Source: Azolla caroliniana | Lineage: Eukaryota > Plantae > Polypodiophyta | NCBI GenBank assembly: GCA_043228905.1 | Contig: JBHGNT010000008.1 | Coordinates: forward strand, 4,650,001-4,714,000 | Direction: 5' to 3' | Length of the DNA stretch: 64,000 bases | Shown here: positions 46,865 to 60,042 of the stretch, piece by piece | Layout of the letters: each line of letters begins with the position of its first letter | Numbering within the stretch: the stretch's first letter is position 1 | Notes under the pieces: model-generated | Database searches by the model: none | What the model saw: the letters and a program-made list of their open reading frames with translations, nothing else | Told to the model about the DNA's origin: nothing | Translations under genes and position numbers: made by a program

Positions 46865-48092
46865 TGTATATATGTGTGTATGTGTGTATGTGTATGGATA
46901 TATGTTTGTAAAATTTATACGTGTATCATTGTAGGCATATGTACATATATACGTGTAGCAATGTATGAATGAATATATGTATGTCCATGTACAAATGTGC
47001 GTATGTGTATATATGTATGTATATTTTTGGGGTATTTTAGTGTTTAGTATGTGTATGGGTCATATCTAGATGTATGTTAGCAATATGCACATATTATGTA
47101 TGCGTATACATGTATATGTATATATGTAAGGAATGTAGTTTGTATGACCCCGTATGACCTATATATATGGTGATATGTGGTTCAATATGTATGTACATGT
47201 AACATATGTAATGTATGTATATATGTTTATGCATATATGCATATGTCAATGTACATGATTCAATATGTATGGACGTGTGCTTGTAATATGTATGTATATA
47301 TCTAATGTATGGATGTGTATGTAATATGTAATTTATTGTGTGTATTATATATATATGTATGTCAATATATATGGCTTATTCTGATATGTATGTAGAATGT
47401 ATGCATGTATTTATATATGTAGTATGTATTGTATTTATGTACCTATTTACATATGGTAATACATATTTGTACAAATATAATATATTCATGTTTAGTCACT
47501 ATGCATGTATAAATGGGTGTAATGTGTGTATATACATATTCATGGATGTAATGTTTAAATGTAGGTATATATGCATGCACGCATGTATATGTATGCATGT
47601 ATGTATGTATAATGTATATATTCTACTCCAAATTTGAGCATTGTTTGCATAATATATTCTGTACTATCTCATTGAAATATTTAATATTTCATGGGCTTAT
47701 GTAATTTTTTTCTCCAGCATAATTGATAATACCCTTAGGTAGATATATTTTCAAAGATTTATTTATACCCTTATATATATACATTTTGTATCTCAATGGT
47801 CAATTTAAACCCCTTTTGATGAACTCACGTGCTATCATACAAGTTTTGACAGTGAAGCCCCCGGGTGACAACTACAATGGAGATAATGGTAGCCATTCAA
47901 CAATAGTAGCTACAGGTAGCATGGTGATAGTCATTCCGCAACAATAGTTACTAGTGATGAGGTGATACTTGTACGACAACTATGGTGGCGGAAATGAAGA
48001 TGATCCAAGCTTAAAATCTAGGACTCAACCCTTGATTCTAAGGCTTGAATGAGGGATTCATATTACTTGGAATTTCCAAAGGGGGGGTGGGA

Positions 48093-49158
48093 TGTTATAA
48101 AAATTACGTTTTTGTACTCCCTTGTCAAGCGTCGTTCGATGGACAAGACATCGACTTCATTTGGTGTAGCAAGTTCGACTCTGCCATCCGAAAAATTACA
48201 CGTTGACTTTGCAACTTTTTGCTTGGTAGTCAGTATCAAGATCCAAAAACTTTCTCACAACCCTCGAGGTGAAATCTTCGTATTAATGAGGCGAGCTTTT
48301 CAATGTCGTATTTCGATGATTTAGTTCCAAATTGCGTAACTTTGCTCGAGCTCAGATTTCTAAGCCAAAAAGTTTGACGTGTTCCTAGTTTCACAAATAA
48401 GTTTAGATAGAATATTTACATGAAATAATTATATATGAATATTAAGATTCTCAAATTGAGTAGTTACAACAAGGTAAATTCAACTCTGTTACATGGAGTG
48501 GCTTATAAGGTAGGAAAATAAGATAGAAGAGAATATATTTTGTGAGTAGAAGGTCAAAGGAACGTCCCAATAGACAATGGCTTCATTGCCTCTTGACATT
48601 GGTGGTCTTGCAGGCCCTCTTGATTTTTAGCCCTGAACTCATTCGAAATTCCAACAACACTTCCATCTTGGTTCCAAAATTCGACCTAAACAATGACCTT
48701 TGAGCTCCCTTTTATAGGCCTATAGAGATCCTCATGCATACACTCACTTCTTTTCTTAGAGCACTTGGCATGAGCAAAATGCCAATATCCACATCTGTTT
48801 GTATCTGTCTCCTTCATCCTATCAACGTCCACTTACCTCTCATAGTCTAGAGATGAATCAAACCCTTAACCTTTCATCCTTAATTTAAACTCTTGACGAT
48901 TGAGCTACATCTTTTTGTTATCTTGATTTTCAACTTGTTCAATGACTTTTGCTCATCTTTATATCCCTTAGGTTTGATAATTTCCATGTTGAGCGGACAA
49001 GCTCAACCGGATCCGAATCGGCTGAATAAGCCAGAGCTAGATCGGTGTCCGGAACAGAGAACCGGATTGGAGTGCAAATTGGTAGGTCGTTGGAGGTCTA
49101 TAATTCTAGACTACTTGGTAGTTATCCTAGGAGTTAGTGTCAGTCGCTCGTATGAGCA
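48093..49158 (+). mobile_element. Possible ~1.07-kb LTR of an unassigned element
   Basis: PPT-like AAAGGGGGGGTGGGA directly before TGTTATA; ends at ...TATGAGCA where copia integrase sequence begins. No partner LTR or TSD seen. Confidence 0.35.
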
Positions 49159-52093
49159 TTGTACCTTCTTGGTGGAAAGGTTGAAGCACATACACTTTTT
49201 GCTCGAGTGAGTACCGTATGAGTATACATTTCTCCGACTTGGGATCGAGCTTCTGCCGCTTCTCGTCGGGAATATGTACATATGCTATTGAATCGAATAT
49301 CCTGATGTGGGATAGATCCGGTTTCTTCCCATAGAACCACTCAGGGGGGGTAACATCGTGCACTCTTGATGTTGTGCAACAATTCATCAGATAGACGACC
49401 GTATTCACCGTTTCAGCCCAATATGACTTTGGCAGATGTTTCTCGTTCATCATTGCCCTTGTCACCTTGAGTATGTGCACCATTATGCTAAGGTGTGTGT
49501 CGGCAAGTAAACTCCCACCGGATTCCTTCTTGTTGAAGGTATGTTGTAACTGCGTCGGAGAAGTATTCTTTGCCATTGTCCGATCGAAGGCATCATACAT
49601 GATGATTGGTTTCCTTTTCGACTTCGTTCTTGAATTTCTAGAAGTGCGAGAAAACTTCACTCTTCTGCCGCATGGGATAAATCCAGGTATGTGTAGAGAA
49701 GTCGTCGATGAACGTTACGTAGTACCAGAAACCACCAAATGTTGCAGTCAGGGCTGGTCCCCATACATTTGAATGTACTACATCTAAGATCCCTTTGCTT
49801 ATGTTCCTCTCCTTTGGGAATGGTTGTCGGTGTTGTTTGCCTAATTGGCAAGCTTTGCACACGCCTGCAATTTCCTTTTCAGTGAAGATCAGGAGTCTGG
49901 TGACAACTCCTTTCGACTGCATTCCTTTGAGCTTTTGGAGATTGATGTGGCCTATCCTCTTGTGCCACAACTCTATGTCGGCGTTGGCTCTTTGGCCCTT
50001 CGCATACATTGCCGATTTCATCTCGTGAGAATTGAGGATGAACATCTGACCTTCTCTCCAACTACGAGCGATAAGTCGACCTTCTTTTTGGATGAAGCAT
50101 CCTCCATCGTTGAAGTGGACTTCCATGCCTTGTTCGACTATCTAGCCAACTGAGACCAAGTTCTTTGTTATTGTAGGAACATGCAAAACGTTCTTGATGT
50201 AGGTTTGGTTGCCTTCTTCCCCAAATGGGACATTGCCGACATGTTGAATGGGGCGAATTGTGTCATCCCCAATTTCCACATAGTCGGGTCGTTCGGGCTT
50301 TCGTAGCTCTTTGAACCAATCCTCGTGGGATGCCATGTAGTTGGATGCACCCGAGTCAACAAACCATACATCTTTTGGTTTGGAGATGTTGGTCGGGTTG
50401 GAGGCTGTCATCGAGTTCACTTTGGGCCTCATCACAAACATTCTGGCACGATTGTCGTAGTTGGAGTTGGAGGAATATTTTGTGAGTTGTCGGCTTGTGA
50501 GAGCCGACTCACACTTCTTTTTGTGACACTCTGCCTCATAGTGGCCAAACTTGCCACAATATCTGCACTGGGCGGAGTTATTCTGTCGGCTCAGTCCAGC
50601 ATGATAGCTCCCCCTTCTACCTAATGCTCCGCCTCACGCGTTCGCAGCGTCTTGTCGATAGGTGAAGTTTTGTTCTCTGGGTTGCCTTTGATTTTTCCAG
50701 CCTTGGCTTGCTTGACCCCTTCTTCTGTGGCCTTGTCCTCTTCCTTCGTTCGAGTTTGTGTAGAGCATTTGTCCATCAGATGCGCTCCCTCTTGTTCAAA
50801 CATGGTTTTCTTCTACTAGGAGCATTGACTAGAGATCGAAGAAGGATGGAGGATTCTCCCTCGTGAGGACAACCGACCATATTGTGCCGAACCGTGGTGC
50901 CAAGACACCGAGGCATATTTGCACCATTTCGTCGTCGTCAATGTTGACATTGATCGACCTGAGAGAGTCGCACAGCTCCTTGATCTTCAAGGTGTAGTTG
51001 CTGATAGACATATCCCTCTGTTGAATGTTGTTCAACTATTGTCGTAGTTGAAGCTTTCGTGCGGTTGTGTTTGCCGCGGATATCTTTTTGAGATTCCCCC
51101 ATGCCTCTTTTGGCGTTTTGGCCTCTTGGATGTAGTCGAGCATGCGATCATGAACGCATGGTGCTAGACAGTACAACACACAACTCGTTGCTTGCTCCCA
51201 AGTTGGATGGTCGACATGTGCTGTGTTGGGTTGATTTTCGTTTGCTCCTTCGACATATCTCCAATAGCCATGGCCGACAAGGTATTGGTGCATCTTGTAC
51301 TCCCAAGATGCAAAGTTGTATCTGTCGAGCTTCTTGGTAGGAAGAGCGCTTCCCATCTGAGTGTTCTGGTGAACTTCTTCTTCTTCTTCTCTTTGATACA
51401 AACTGTGCAGATTGTTGCTACATTGATTAACCAGTTCTTTCCAAGCGCGGGCTTGGGCACAACACACGTAAAGGTGATGGGCTTGGATCAAGCTACCACG
51501 TGCTCTGATACCATGTAAAGAATCGGTGATGATTCTGTGTAGCGGAAGAACTATGTGTGTGTGTGTGTGTGTGGGAGAGAGAGAGAGAGAGAGAGAGAAA
51601 CTATATTAACTATGCCCAGATGGATGTAGCTCATTGGTAAGGTTGCCCAATGGAGACCAGGTGGTCATGGGTTCAACCCCTACATTTCACAGTGGCATCT
51701 AGTGAAATAGAGATATGAAGTATATAATAGAGAGGTGAGGAAATTGGGTTTCAAACCCAAGACATGGTGCTTGTAGTGTTATCGACTTACCACTAGGGTA
51801 AGCTAATTACGATAATAATAAAAGAGAGAGAAACTATATTAACAAGGAGCAAGAATAAGCCAACAATTACAAAGAGAAGGAGAAGGTGCTTATGTAGTCA
51901 CCTTCTCTCTAGGTTCTCTCACTAGAATCGCCTATTGGGAAAGAGGTCGAGTCTTAACTGCTTAAAGAATATGTGTAATAGGATATTAACTTCTATGACA
52001 CACAAATTACTATATAAGGAGGTGGGGTGGTCACACACTTGAGTATTCTAGAGTGTGTTCCCACACATAGGAAGTTGAGTTTGATTCTCAACA
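49159..52093 (-). mobile_element. 3'-truncated Ty1/copia (5' LTR 51514-52093, PBS, gag, PR, INT), related to the 34069-39671 element
   Basis: TGTTGAGAAT start and GATTCTTTACA end; PBS TGGTATCAGAGCA 51501-51513; QMGSALP..KLDRYNFASWEYKM; WFVDSGASN; LWHKRIGH; KLDPKSEKC. Confidence 0.9.
51611..51822 (+). mobile_element. tRNA-derived SINE-like insertion in the copia LTR, ~21-bp TSD
   Basis: AGAGAGAGAAACTATATTAAC at 51590-51610 and 51823-51843; A box TAGCTCATTGG, B box GGTTCAACCCC; ATAATAATAAA tail. Confidence 0.75.
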
Positions 52094-52261
52094 ATTATTA
52101 AGTAACATTCAGAAAGTATAGAAGTACATATCAAGTGATTAAGTGTTTACACTTGAGTATTCTAGAGTGTGTTCCCACACATAGGAAGTTGAGTTTGATT
52201 CTCAACAATTATTAAGTAACATTCAGAAAGTATAGAAGTACATATCAAGTGATTAAGTGTT
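52035..52261. repeat. Perfect tandem duplication (period 114 bp) spanning the LTR/flank junction
   Basis: 52035-52147 is identical to 52149-52261. Confidence 0.9.
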
Positions 52262-53461
52262 GTAATACATGTTTCTCAAGTGATTGCAAGAGAACCAACA
52301 TATTGACATAAGTATGTATTCCAACCGGCTTCGACTTACTAATAAATGTCTCTAATCTACATAGCTACCAAAAGGGTGGGATGGTTTATACACATACTAG
52401 GCAGTGACTAGCCTCCTTACTAATTCAAGACCAAATGTTTCTGCCCAAAAGTTGTCTAAGGGTGACCTAACATAAGACCACAAAAGCTTACAATTTGGCA
52501 TGAAATAGACTCATGTCGTTGATGCATTTGCCACACATGCTATGACCAACCATAAACATTCTCTGACTGTGATATTTTTTTCTTATTGACATATGAATAA
52601 AGCATATCTTCTACAAAAACTTTTGGGTTCTTTATTGTTGTTTTAGCAGGCACAAATATTACCCACTTATAGTAACTTGGTGAGTTTACAGGCGACCACC
52701 AAAATGGCATCATCATTTCTATTGATAATTGGCAAATGAATGAGCAAAACATTCAAAAACTCTATTGTACATGGGAGCTTCAAGTTTCTACCTTACTAGA
52801 GTCCACTTCATTGTCCATGTACCTTTTCACAGTTTATCCTTACCCTCTAAAGAACAACATATCGCATGTTGCTTATGAGTTGTTTAATCACCTACTTTAT
52901 TGCCATCATTTCCATGTGAGTAGGAGGAGCCTTAAGCTTGGACATGCAATATTCAGGTAGTTTTGGAGATTAATCACGCATACTCCCGCAAACATATTCT
53001 AGTACATTTCCTAGTCTATGGTTTCTTGTCCCCTCCCCCTCTCTTAACCCTACTCCCCATATGTGTTAGACCAAAAAATGTAAACAATTCGTTATACAAA
53101 ACTGTTATATTTCACTGAACATGTAGAATTGTAAGAGGTTGTAGGTAAAGGAACCCATCGAAATTCTCACTCTCTCACTCCCAAGGTCATCAAACAAGAA
53201 GAATGGAAAGCGAATGAAGGATTTCTTGATCGATGCAAGTTCTTTGGAGCATTCGAGTGTTACTTATATTTTGCTTGATTTCATATAAGGTTATTGAAGC
53301 ATAAACAAATCAATATAAAAAATAATCAAAGAACAAAACCAAAAACCAAAAATAAAAATTGTTAAAATAAAACAAAAATAAAATGAAAAATAAAAAAAAA
53401 TAAAAAAATTGAGTACCCACAATATAGAAAAATAAAAATATGTAAAAATAAAAATAAAAGA

Positions 53462-53492
<31 letters not shown>

Positions 53493-53884
53493 TATGTAGA
53501 TGTAGATGTAGATGTGTATATACTATATATATACATATGTATGAATTGTATAGAGCAGAGCAGGGGAGGAATCATCAGGAAGGAACAGAACAGAAGACGA
53601 CGACTGAGATATGTCATAGATCCTCATGTCTCCATTGATTCAGGTATTTCCGTTTTCTTTTGCTCATTCAACACTCCATCTGTTTTTTGTCTTTTTTCTT
53701 GCTCGCATCTCAGAGCAAAGTATTTTCTCATGAGAGAGAGAGAGAGAGAGAGAGAGGGATCTTTTTGGAATCCGCGGGAGGCCAATTTCAATCCATGGGA
53801 TGGGGCTGAGCCCATTGCGAGGATTGAAATTGGGGTGGGTCGCTGAATTTTATTGACTTGGAAGCTCTGGTGTAAACCACCAAG

Positions 53885-53938
<54 letters not shown>

Positions 53939-55314
53939 CTACGAAAAGAATAAGAAGATGAAGAGGCTTTCCAAATGCTGGACATGTGCATTCACACTCA
54001 TTCCAGTGGCTCAAGCAAATTCACAAAAATACCATGCTTGACCGAAATGATTCCCTCCTCCACTGGCTATTTGACTAATCAGGGAAATATCCTGCATATT
54101 ATGTCATTTCTGTTAACATAAAAAAGTCAAATTTAAAAATTGCACATGAACCACATAGATAGCCCTGTCAAACAAAAAGTTTGGGATTAAAATAAAACAA
54201 TTTAGAGGAGCCTGGGTATAAGGTGTGTGTCAGTAATACTTGGAGATATGGAGAGAGATAAGACAAGCTTGTGGCCATTCTCATGCAATGATGCTGTATG
54301 ACATCAATGCCCTCCATAGTGAAATTCTTGGGAATTCGGCTATGATATTTGATATCTTCTTATGCAGGTACCATCAGGGTATTCAAATCCTTGAGATTCT
54401 GGATTGTACCAACTAAAATGTGTTTGGTCAACCAATATCTCCCTACATTCTCTACTAAGTGAGTGTTTTTGTCCTTGGCTACGAGCATCTGGAGCAAGCC
54501 AAGTAAAGTGCATTGGCGACAAATATCCTTACATCATCAGTCTCTATGAGATATGGGCTGCTCTGGCCTCTCAGAGGTCTTCTAGTATGACAATATGTAG
54601 AAGTCTGACATGTTCTTTTGTGCTATCGCTCTGTTGTCTTGGGCATTGTTGTTAATGTCATCTTTTTGTGCCCTCTTCCCTGAAGAAAATAGAAATGGGA
54701 GGGAAGTATACCGATGGATATGGCAGAGGTTGCTGGTGTGGCACATAGAAAGTAGCTATATACTCCCACCATGTAGAAGGTGATGGGTGGAGACAGAGAA
54801 TGGTCCGTCATGACTCAATGAGTCACAAAGATTCCCTGGAATCATGATTCATGAAAAACTTGTTGATGTCTCTCTCCAACTGAGATAGAAAGACTTTCCT
54901 CTTTCGTCATATGGGAGAATAGAAGACAATGTGTGACTCAGAGAAGTGAGCCCCAAAGACACCCCTTTTAATCTCCTCTCTCTATACTCATCATCCTAGG
55001 CAGGACACGAGCTGACCATGATTTACCTATCTGCTCGGTATGTGGAAAGGTTGTAACTGCGATGTTGTTTAGAACCGGTGCATGCTGTGGTACAGAGTCT
55101 TTAAATGAAACCATATTTTCTTTTCTTTCGGAGCTCAGGAATTCATGGATTAGTTTTCTCCTAAAGCTAATTTTTCTTGTGCTAATGCAAATATATGCCA
55201 CTATTCTTTGCAATTCAATTTCAATAGATTTACTTAATATCTATCTTGTAAAAGTTTCTAATGGAATGCAAAAACTTGTCAGGCATAATAACAGTTAAAA
55301 ATTTAGAATTGAGG

Positions 55315-58300
55315 ATGAAGCGCCGCCCTGGAATTGCCGGTTTGCAGACAGCCGCTGCTGCTCGGGTTGTTTATCTGCATTGCCACCATATTTTTTTGTT
55401 TTATTTCTCTTGCCTGAATAAATTTCTGACTTTCACATACATTGAATGCTGGTAATATTTTGTAGGGACAATACAAATTACTAGGAGAAAATGTGGCCAA
55501 AATCAGGACAGATCTTATGATGGAGCAACTTAGCACATTCAAGAACCAGCTTGAAGAATTTGCCAGGAAGCATAAGGTTTGATTTGCCATTTTTTAAATC
55601 CAAAACTAGTTTTTTGCTTCGTACTCTATCCTATTTCAAGGATTCAACCTGATGAGTGCATTGACCGTGCATTTACTAAATTGTTCAATTTTTCTGCTTG
55701 GTTTTTCTACATCCTTTCCTTTTGAGCATCTTGTTTGTTCATGTAACTTTGAACAAATGCTATTCAGATGTAAGAATGGAATTTTTGCAATAAAATAAGA
55801 TCGTGCTATCCAATTTCTATTGCAAAAGAGACCAGGGGAGGGGGTTTTTTACTTCACATACATAAATTGGCATGTAGTAGAGATTCTTGTTTGTTTTATC
55901 TTAACAATTTTATCTTCTCTTAACAAATCTTTGGTGTATAGTTTAGCAAATAGGAATATTTGACCTGAATTCTACATGTAGGATAATACAGTTTTATACC
56001 TTTTTTCTTAAGTCCTTTATAGGGCAGGGTAGACACCTTATCAAAAACTTTTTGAACATGTTTGGAGTTGGTTTTACCTGCATATGGTTGGGAGAAGATT
56101 AAGAGTTGAAAGGTCACACTTTGCTTGCTTGCCGAGATGTCATTCAGTCTTCCATCCCCAGATAGGTAATCTGCTCTCATGCTTGCTATAAACTTCCATT
56201 TACGGGAGAAGTGGCATTCAATCCGGCCTGACCATAATTTGCCTATAACATTCTCTTTCGTATTTCTCTATCTGGAAATTTGAACTTACTTTTAATCATA
56301 GTAACATAATAGATCCATATGCAATTTGATCGTACCATATTCCCTTCTGTAAAAGAATAGTTTCTCAAATAAATGTTGAATTTTCAGTTATCTAACCAGA
56401 ATATGTAGGCAATGTATACATTGGGCATTTGGAGTTGGTATTTCATCTTGGCTTAAATGGCTAAATTTATGTTGGGGTGCATTATTTAACTCAATTCCTT
56501 TGTCTGAAAATTGGAGTAGAGCTCCAGATTATGGATTCATTATTGAACCATAATGTGCCTATACCATTTTTTTTTTGTATTTCTCTCTCTGGGATTTTGG
56601 ACTTACTTTTAATTATAGTAATATAATTAATCAATATGCAGTTTGATCATACCATATTCCCCTTCTACAAAAGAATAGTTTGTCAAATAAATGTTGGATT
56701 TTCCGTTATCTTACCAGAATATGTTGGCAGGTCATCCTAATGTAAACATTGGGCATTTGGAGTGTATTTCATTTTGGATTGAATGGCCAAATTTATGTTG
56801 GGGTGCATTATTTTAACTGAATTTCTTTGTCTGAAAATTGGACTAGAACTCTATATTATTCTTTAAATTCTATATCTGTGATTGATAGCAGAACTGGATT
56901 TGAGTATACCTTTTTATCTTGTAATGTGGAACTTTGTTTTATGTAATATATGGAAGTACAGAATGATATCAAGAAGAACCCTGCTTTCAGAGCCCAGTTT
57001 CATGAAATGTGTGCAAAAGTTGGAGTTGATCCATTAGCGTCTAACAAGGGATTTTGGGCTGAATTGTTAGGAATTGGAGATTTCTACTATGAACTAGGTG
57101 AGTGCAAAATATGGCCTGATATGATGCTTTTGAGAAATTAATTTTTTATAGATTCTGAGGGCATCATATTGAAGGCTAATGTTTTCAAGTTATTTACTTG
57201 TATTTGAATACTATTATCCTCTAACAAAACATTGTGTGGGTAGCTGTACAAATTATTGATTCACAAAGGCTAACATTTTCTGATTATTATCTTAAATTTG
57301 TGTACCACATTATCATTTAGATCTTTTCTTTCAAGTTCAAAACTTATTTTGTGTATATAGGTGTACAAATTGTAGATATTTGTCTTGCAAGCCGGCCTCA
57401 TAACGGAGGTTTAATTGATTTGGAAGAATTGTGCACTTTACTTTCTAAAAAACGCAGGGCATCTCGAGAGCGAATCACAGAAGACGATTGCCGCCGTGCT
57501 ATAGGGAAACTTGAGGTTTGACATATGCAATCTTCATTCTATTGTTTTTAGAAGCCTAGATTAAAAAGTTACTGTGAAGTCTATATCTATGAAGATGAAA
57601 AAAAAATTATTATTTTACTTATGATATATGCATGATATTTATTTATGAAGCTTTATTTATGACCATCTCCCCTATATGTTTCTAAAAGTTAATTAATTCA
57701 TGAAATGCTGTATGGTCATCAGTGAGTAAACTTGGATGTTTACAGTGGTTGTAAAAAAGTGCATTCTATTTTAAACGTGGTGTACTGTCTGATCTTTATT
57801 CTTATTAGGTGCTAGGTAGTGGGTTTGAGGTGTTTTCTGTGGGCAAAAGGAAGATGGTGCGTTCTGTTCCGACTGAGTTGAATAAAGATCACAACCGAAT
57901 CTTGGAGATAGCTCAGGTATATATATGTATATTACACACAAATATACATGTATACATGTATTCATACAATACGTATGTATACACACACGAAATTCATACC
58001 TACATAAATAATGCATATTTATTACACACGCACACATATGAAACACATACACATTTGTTTTCTAGCAATGGATCATATCGCTGGCAGAACTTCAATGTCA
58101 TGTTAAAATCCTACCAAAAATATTTACAATATGTCAGATTAGAAGCATTCAACAAAAAAGGGCATAAATATGTCATGAGAGAATATGTAAGAAACTGATA
58201 CAGATCAGAAGCTGATTGCCCGGCATTCTGCTTATTACAAACAGTCTAGACTGTACATGAAGGCTAAAATCGAACTACTCTGGACATGTCCTGATACAAT

Positions 58301-58941
58301 AGTTTACTTGAGGCAAGTTAACAGGGGGCCTCTCATCTTTTCTGCACTCAGAAGGATTTCATCTACATGCTCAAACATGCTATAAATTGCCATTATTGTA
58401 ATTACAAGAACTATCCAAGTAGACATGACCAGAGAAATAGAAATTCCTTAAGAGGCAATGGATTCTTGCAGACCCATTTGATTCCCCATACCAAACATCT
58501 TTACTGAATGTCTTCAGCAATGGTTCCGGCTGCAATCCCATGCACACACACTTGTCTTGCCGGATTCACTGTCGAACTGTTCATTTATTTATTTACCTGT
58601 TATGGATTTTTGTCATGCGTGTAGGTTCGTGGATATGTAAGTGTGGAGGAAGTAGAAAAAGAGTTGTTATGGCCATTGGGCCGTGCCATCGATGCCCTTG
58701 AAACACTACTTAAGGTATGTATGCATGCATGTATGTATGTATGTATGTATGTATGTATGTATAGATGAGCTTGAAAGAAAGTGATAATCGTCTCCATTAT
58801 TACATATTATGCTTTGTATAGGAGGGCCTAGCATTGGTGGATGATGGCCATGCTGATGGAAAGCGGCGATATTGGTTTCCTTGTGTTGGCTCATTTTCTT
58901 CTGATGCCATCGAAGCAGATGTTGGTTCCCTTGTGTTGTAG
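55315..58941 (+). CDS. VPS22: ESCRT-II subunit VPS22/SNF8/EAP30, 256 aa; exons 55315-55365, 55466-55576, 56962-57097, 57361-57515, 57809-57916, 58625-58714, 58822-58941
   Basis: [11 protein letters not shown]; [52 protein letters not shown]; [12 protein letters not shown]; [13 protein letters not shown]. All introns GT-AG; exons sum to 771 nt in frame. Confidence 0.95.
56232..56860. repeat. Diverged ~315-bp tandem duplication in VPS22 intron 2
   Basis: CCATAAT.TGCCTATA...CTGAAAATTGGA.TAGA.CTC block occurs twice. Confidence 0.8.
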
Positions 58942-59824
58942 ACTGTATTATATGATGGCTGAAAAGTGGTCAGAAACCTTGTTTTCCATGAATATGTACA
59001 AATATAAACCATACACAAAGATGTAATACTTCCATATTTGCAGCTCTTTACTAAATTTCGAGACCGGTAGCTCTCAGAAAGGCTTAGGTTCTGATGCAAG
59101 CTAGGTGTGAGAAATTTGGAGTCCCGATTTTTTGTTTTATAGAGAGTGACAAGTCTTGTTGGGGAAAACATTGTTTGGATAGTGTAACTAATTTCTTTCT
59201 TTACAATAATCATTTGACAGACTATATTTCTTTCATTCTTTCCTGATGAGAGAAAGCAACGTTGGATGGCTTGAAACTTCATTTAAATGAACTATATATT
59301 TCTCTTAGAACTGTGAGTGTTTGTTTCTTAGGCTTCTAATGGCAAGCTCGAATAAAGAGCGACTATAACATGTCTCTTCGAAACTGCCAAAGCTTGTATG
59401 ATTATGTGAATGTCTATATGGAATGAAATATTAGTAAATTGTCTTCATAGAATTGTAGCAAATTGATGAACCTTTTGGCCATACTAATATATTAATACTA
59501 ATGTAAGAGGTGCTTCATTTTGTAGATTTGTAACTCTCAAAGACCTCTCCCTTGCTCTTTATGAATTTTTGCATACATACATATGTGTCTATATAGATAG
59601 ATAGGTAGATGCATGTAATGTATGTATGAATGCGGGCATAAATATGTATAATTTTAATCTAATCAAATTCTAAATCAAGGTTACAATGATCAAAGATAAT
59701 GGTAGTGGAAATTAACATTAAATTGTTGGGAGTAGATACGATTGAGAAATAATATATATTGCTTTTAAGCCCTTGGGTTCACCTTGTATGTCTATGCGTT
59801 GTATAGGATACATTGATATCTATC

Positions 59825-60010
59825 CATTGATCACCTAGAGTGGGGATTCTAATGAACATAGTAAAATTCATACATATATATCATATCTATACATTGATCA
59901 TCTAGATTGGGGGTTCCAATGAACAAAGTAAAATTCACACATATATATACCTATACATTGATAATCTAGAGTGGGGATTGCAATGAACATAGTAAAACTC
60001 ACACATATAT
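59825..60010. repeat. Three ~65-bp tandem repeats just downstream of the LOX stop
   Basis: CATTGAT...CTAGA.TGGGG.TT..AATGAACA.AGTAAAA.TCA.ACATATAT occurs three times. Confidence 0.85.
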
Positions 60011-60042
60011 AACATCTTTAGTAGAAATCTCTACAAATGTAT

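Larger units (their letters stand above)
41714..47865. mobile_element. Complete 6152-bp non-autonomous TIR (Pack-type) element, copy 2; 15-bp TIR CCCGGGGGCT(C/T)CACT, 8-bp TSD TGACAACT
   Basis: TGACAACT at 41706-41713 and 47866-47873; TIRs match 14/15; no transposase ORF; carries the GRP pseudogene. Confidence 0.92.

Noticed and set aside
41714-47865. Helitron or simple segmental-duplication explanation of the inverted 6-kb repeat
   Set aside because: Both ends have TIRs and an exact 8-bp TSD; there are no TC...CTRR termini.
58800-59282. 160-aa minus-strand ORF overlapping the VPS22 3' end
   Set aside because: Antisense to the last exon and 3' UTR; no motifs or splice support.
59825-60010. 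CRISPR-like array
   Set aside because: Contiguous diverged tandem units without unique spacers, in a eukaryotic context with no cas genes.
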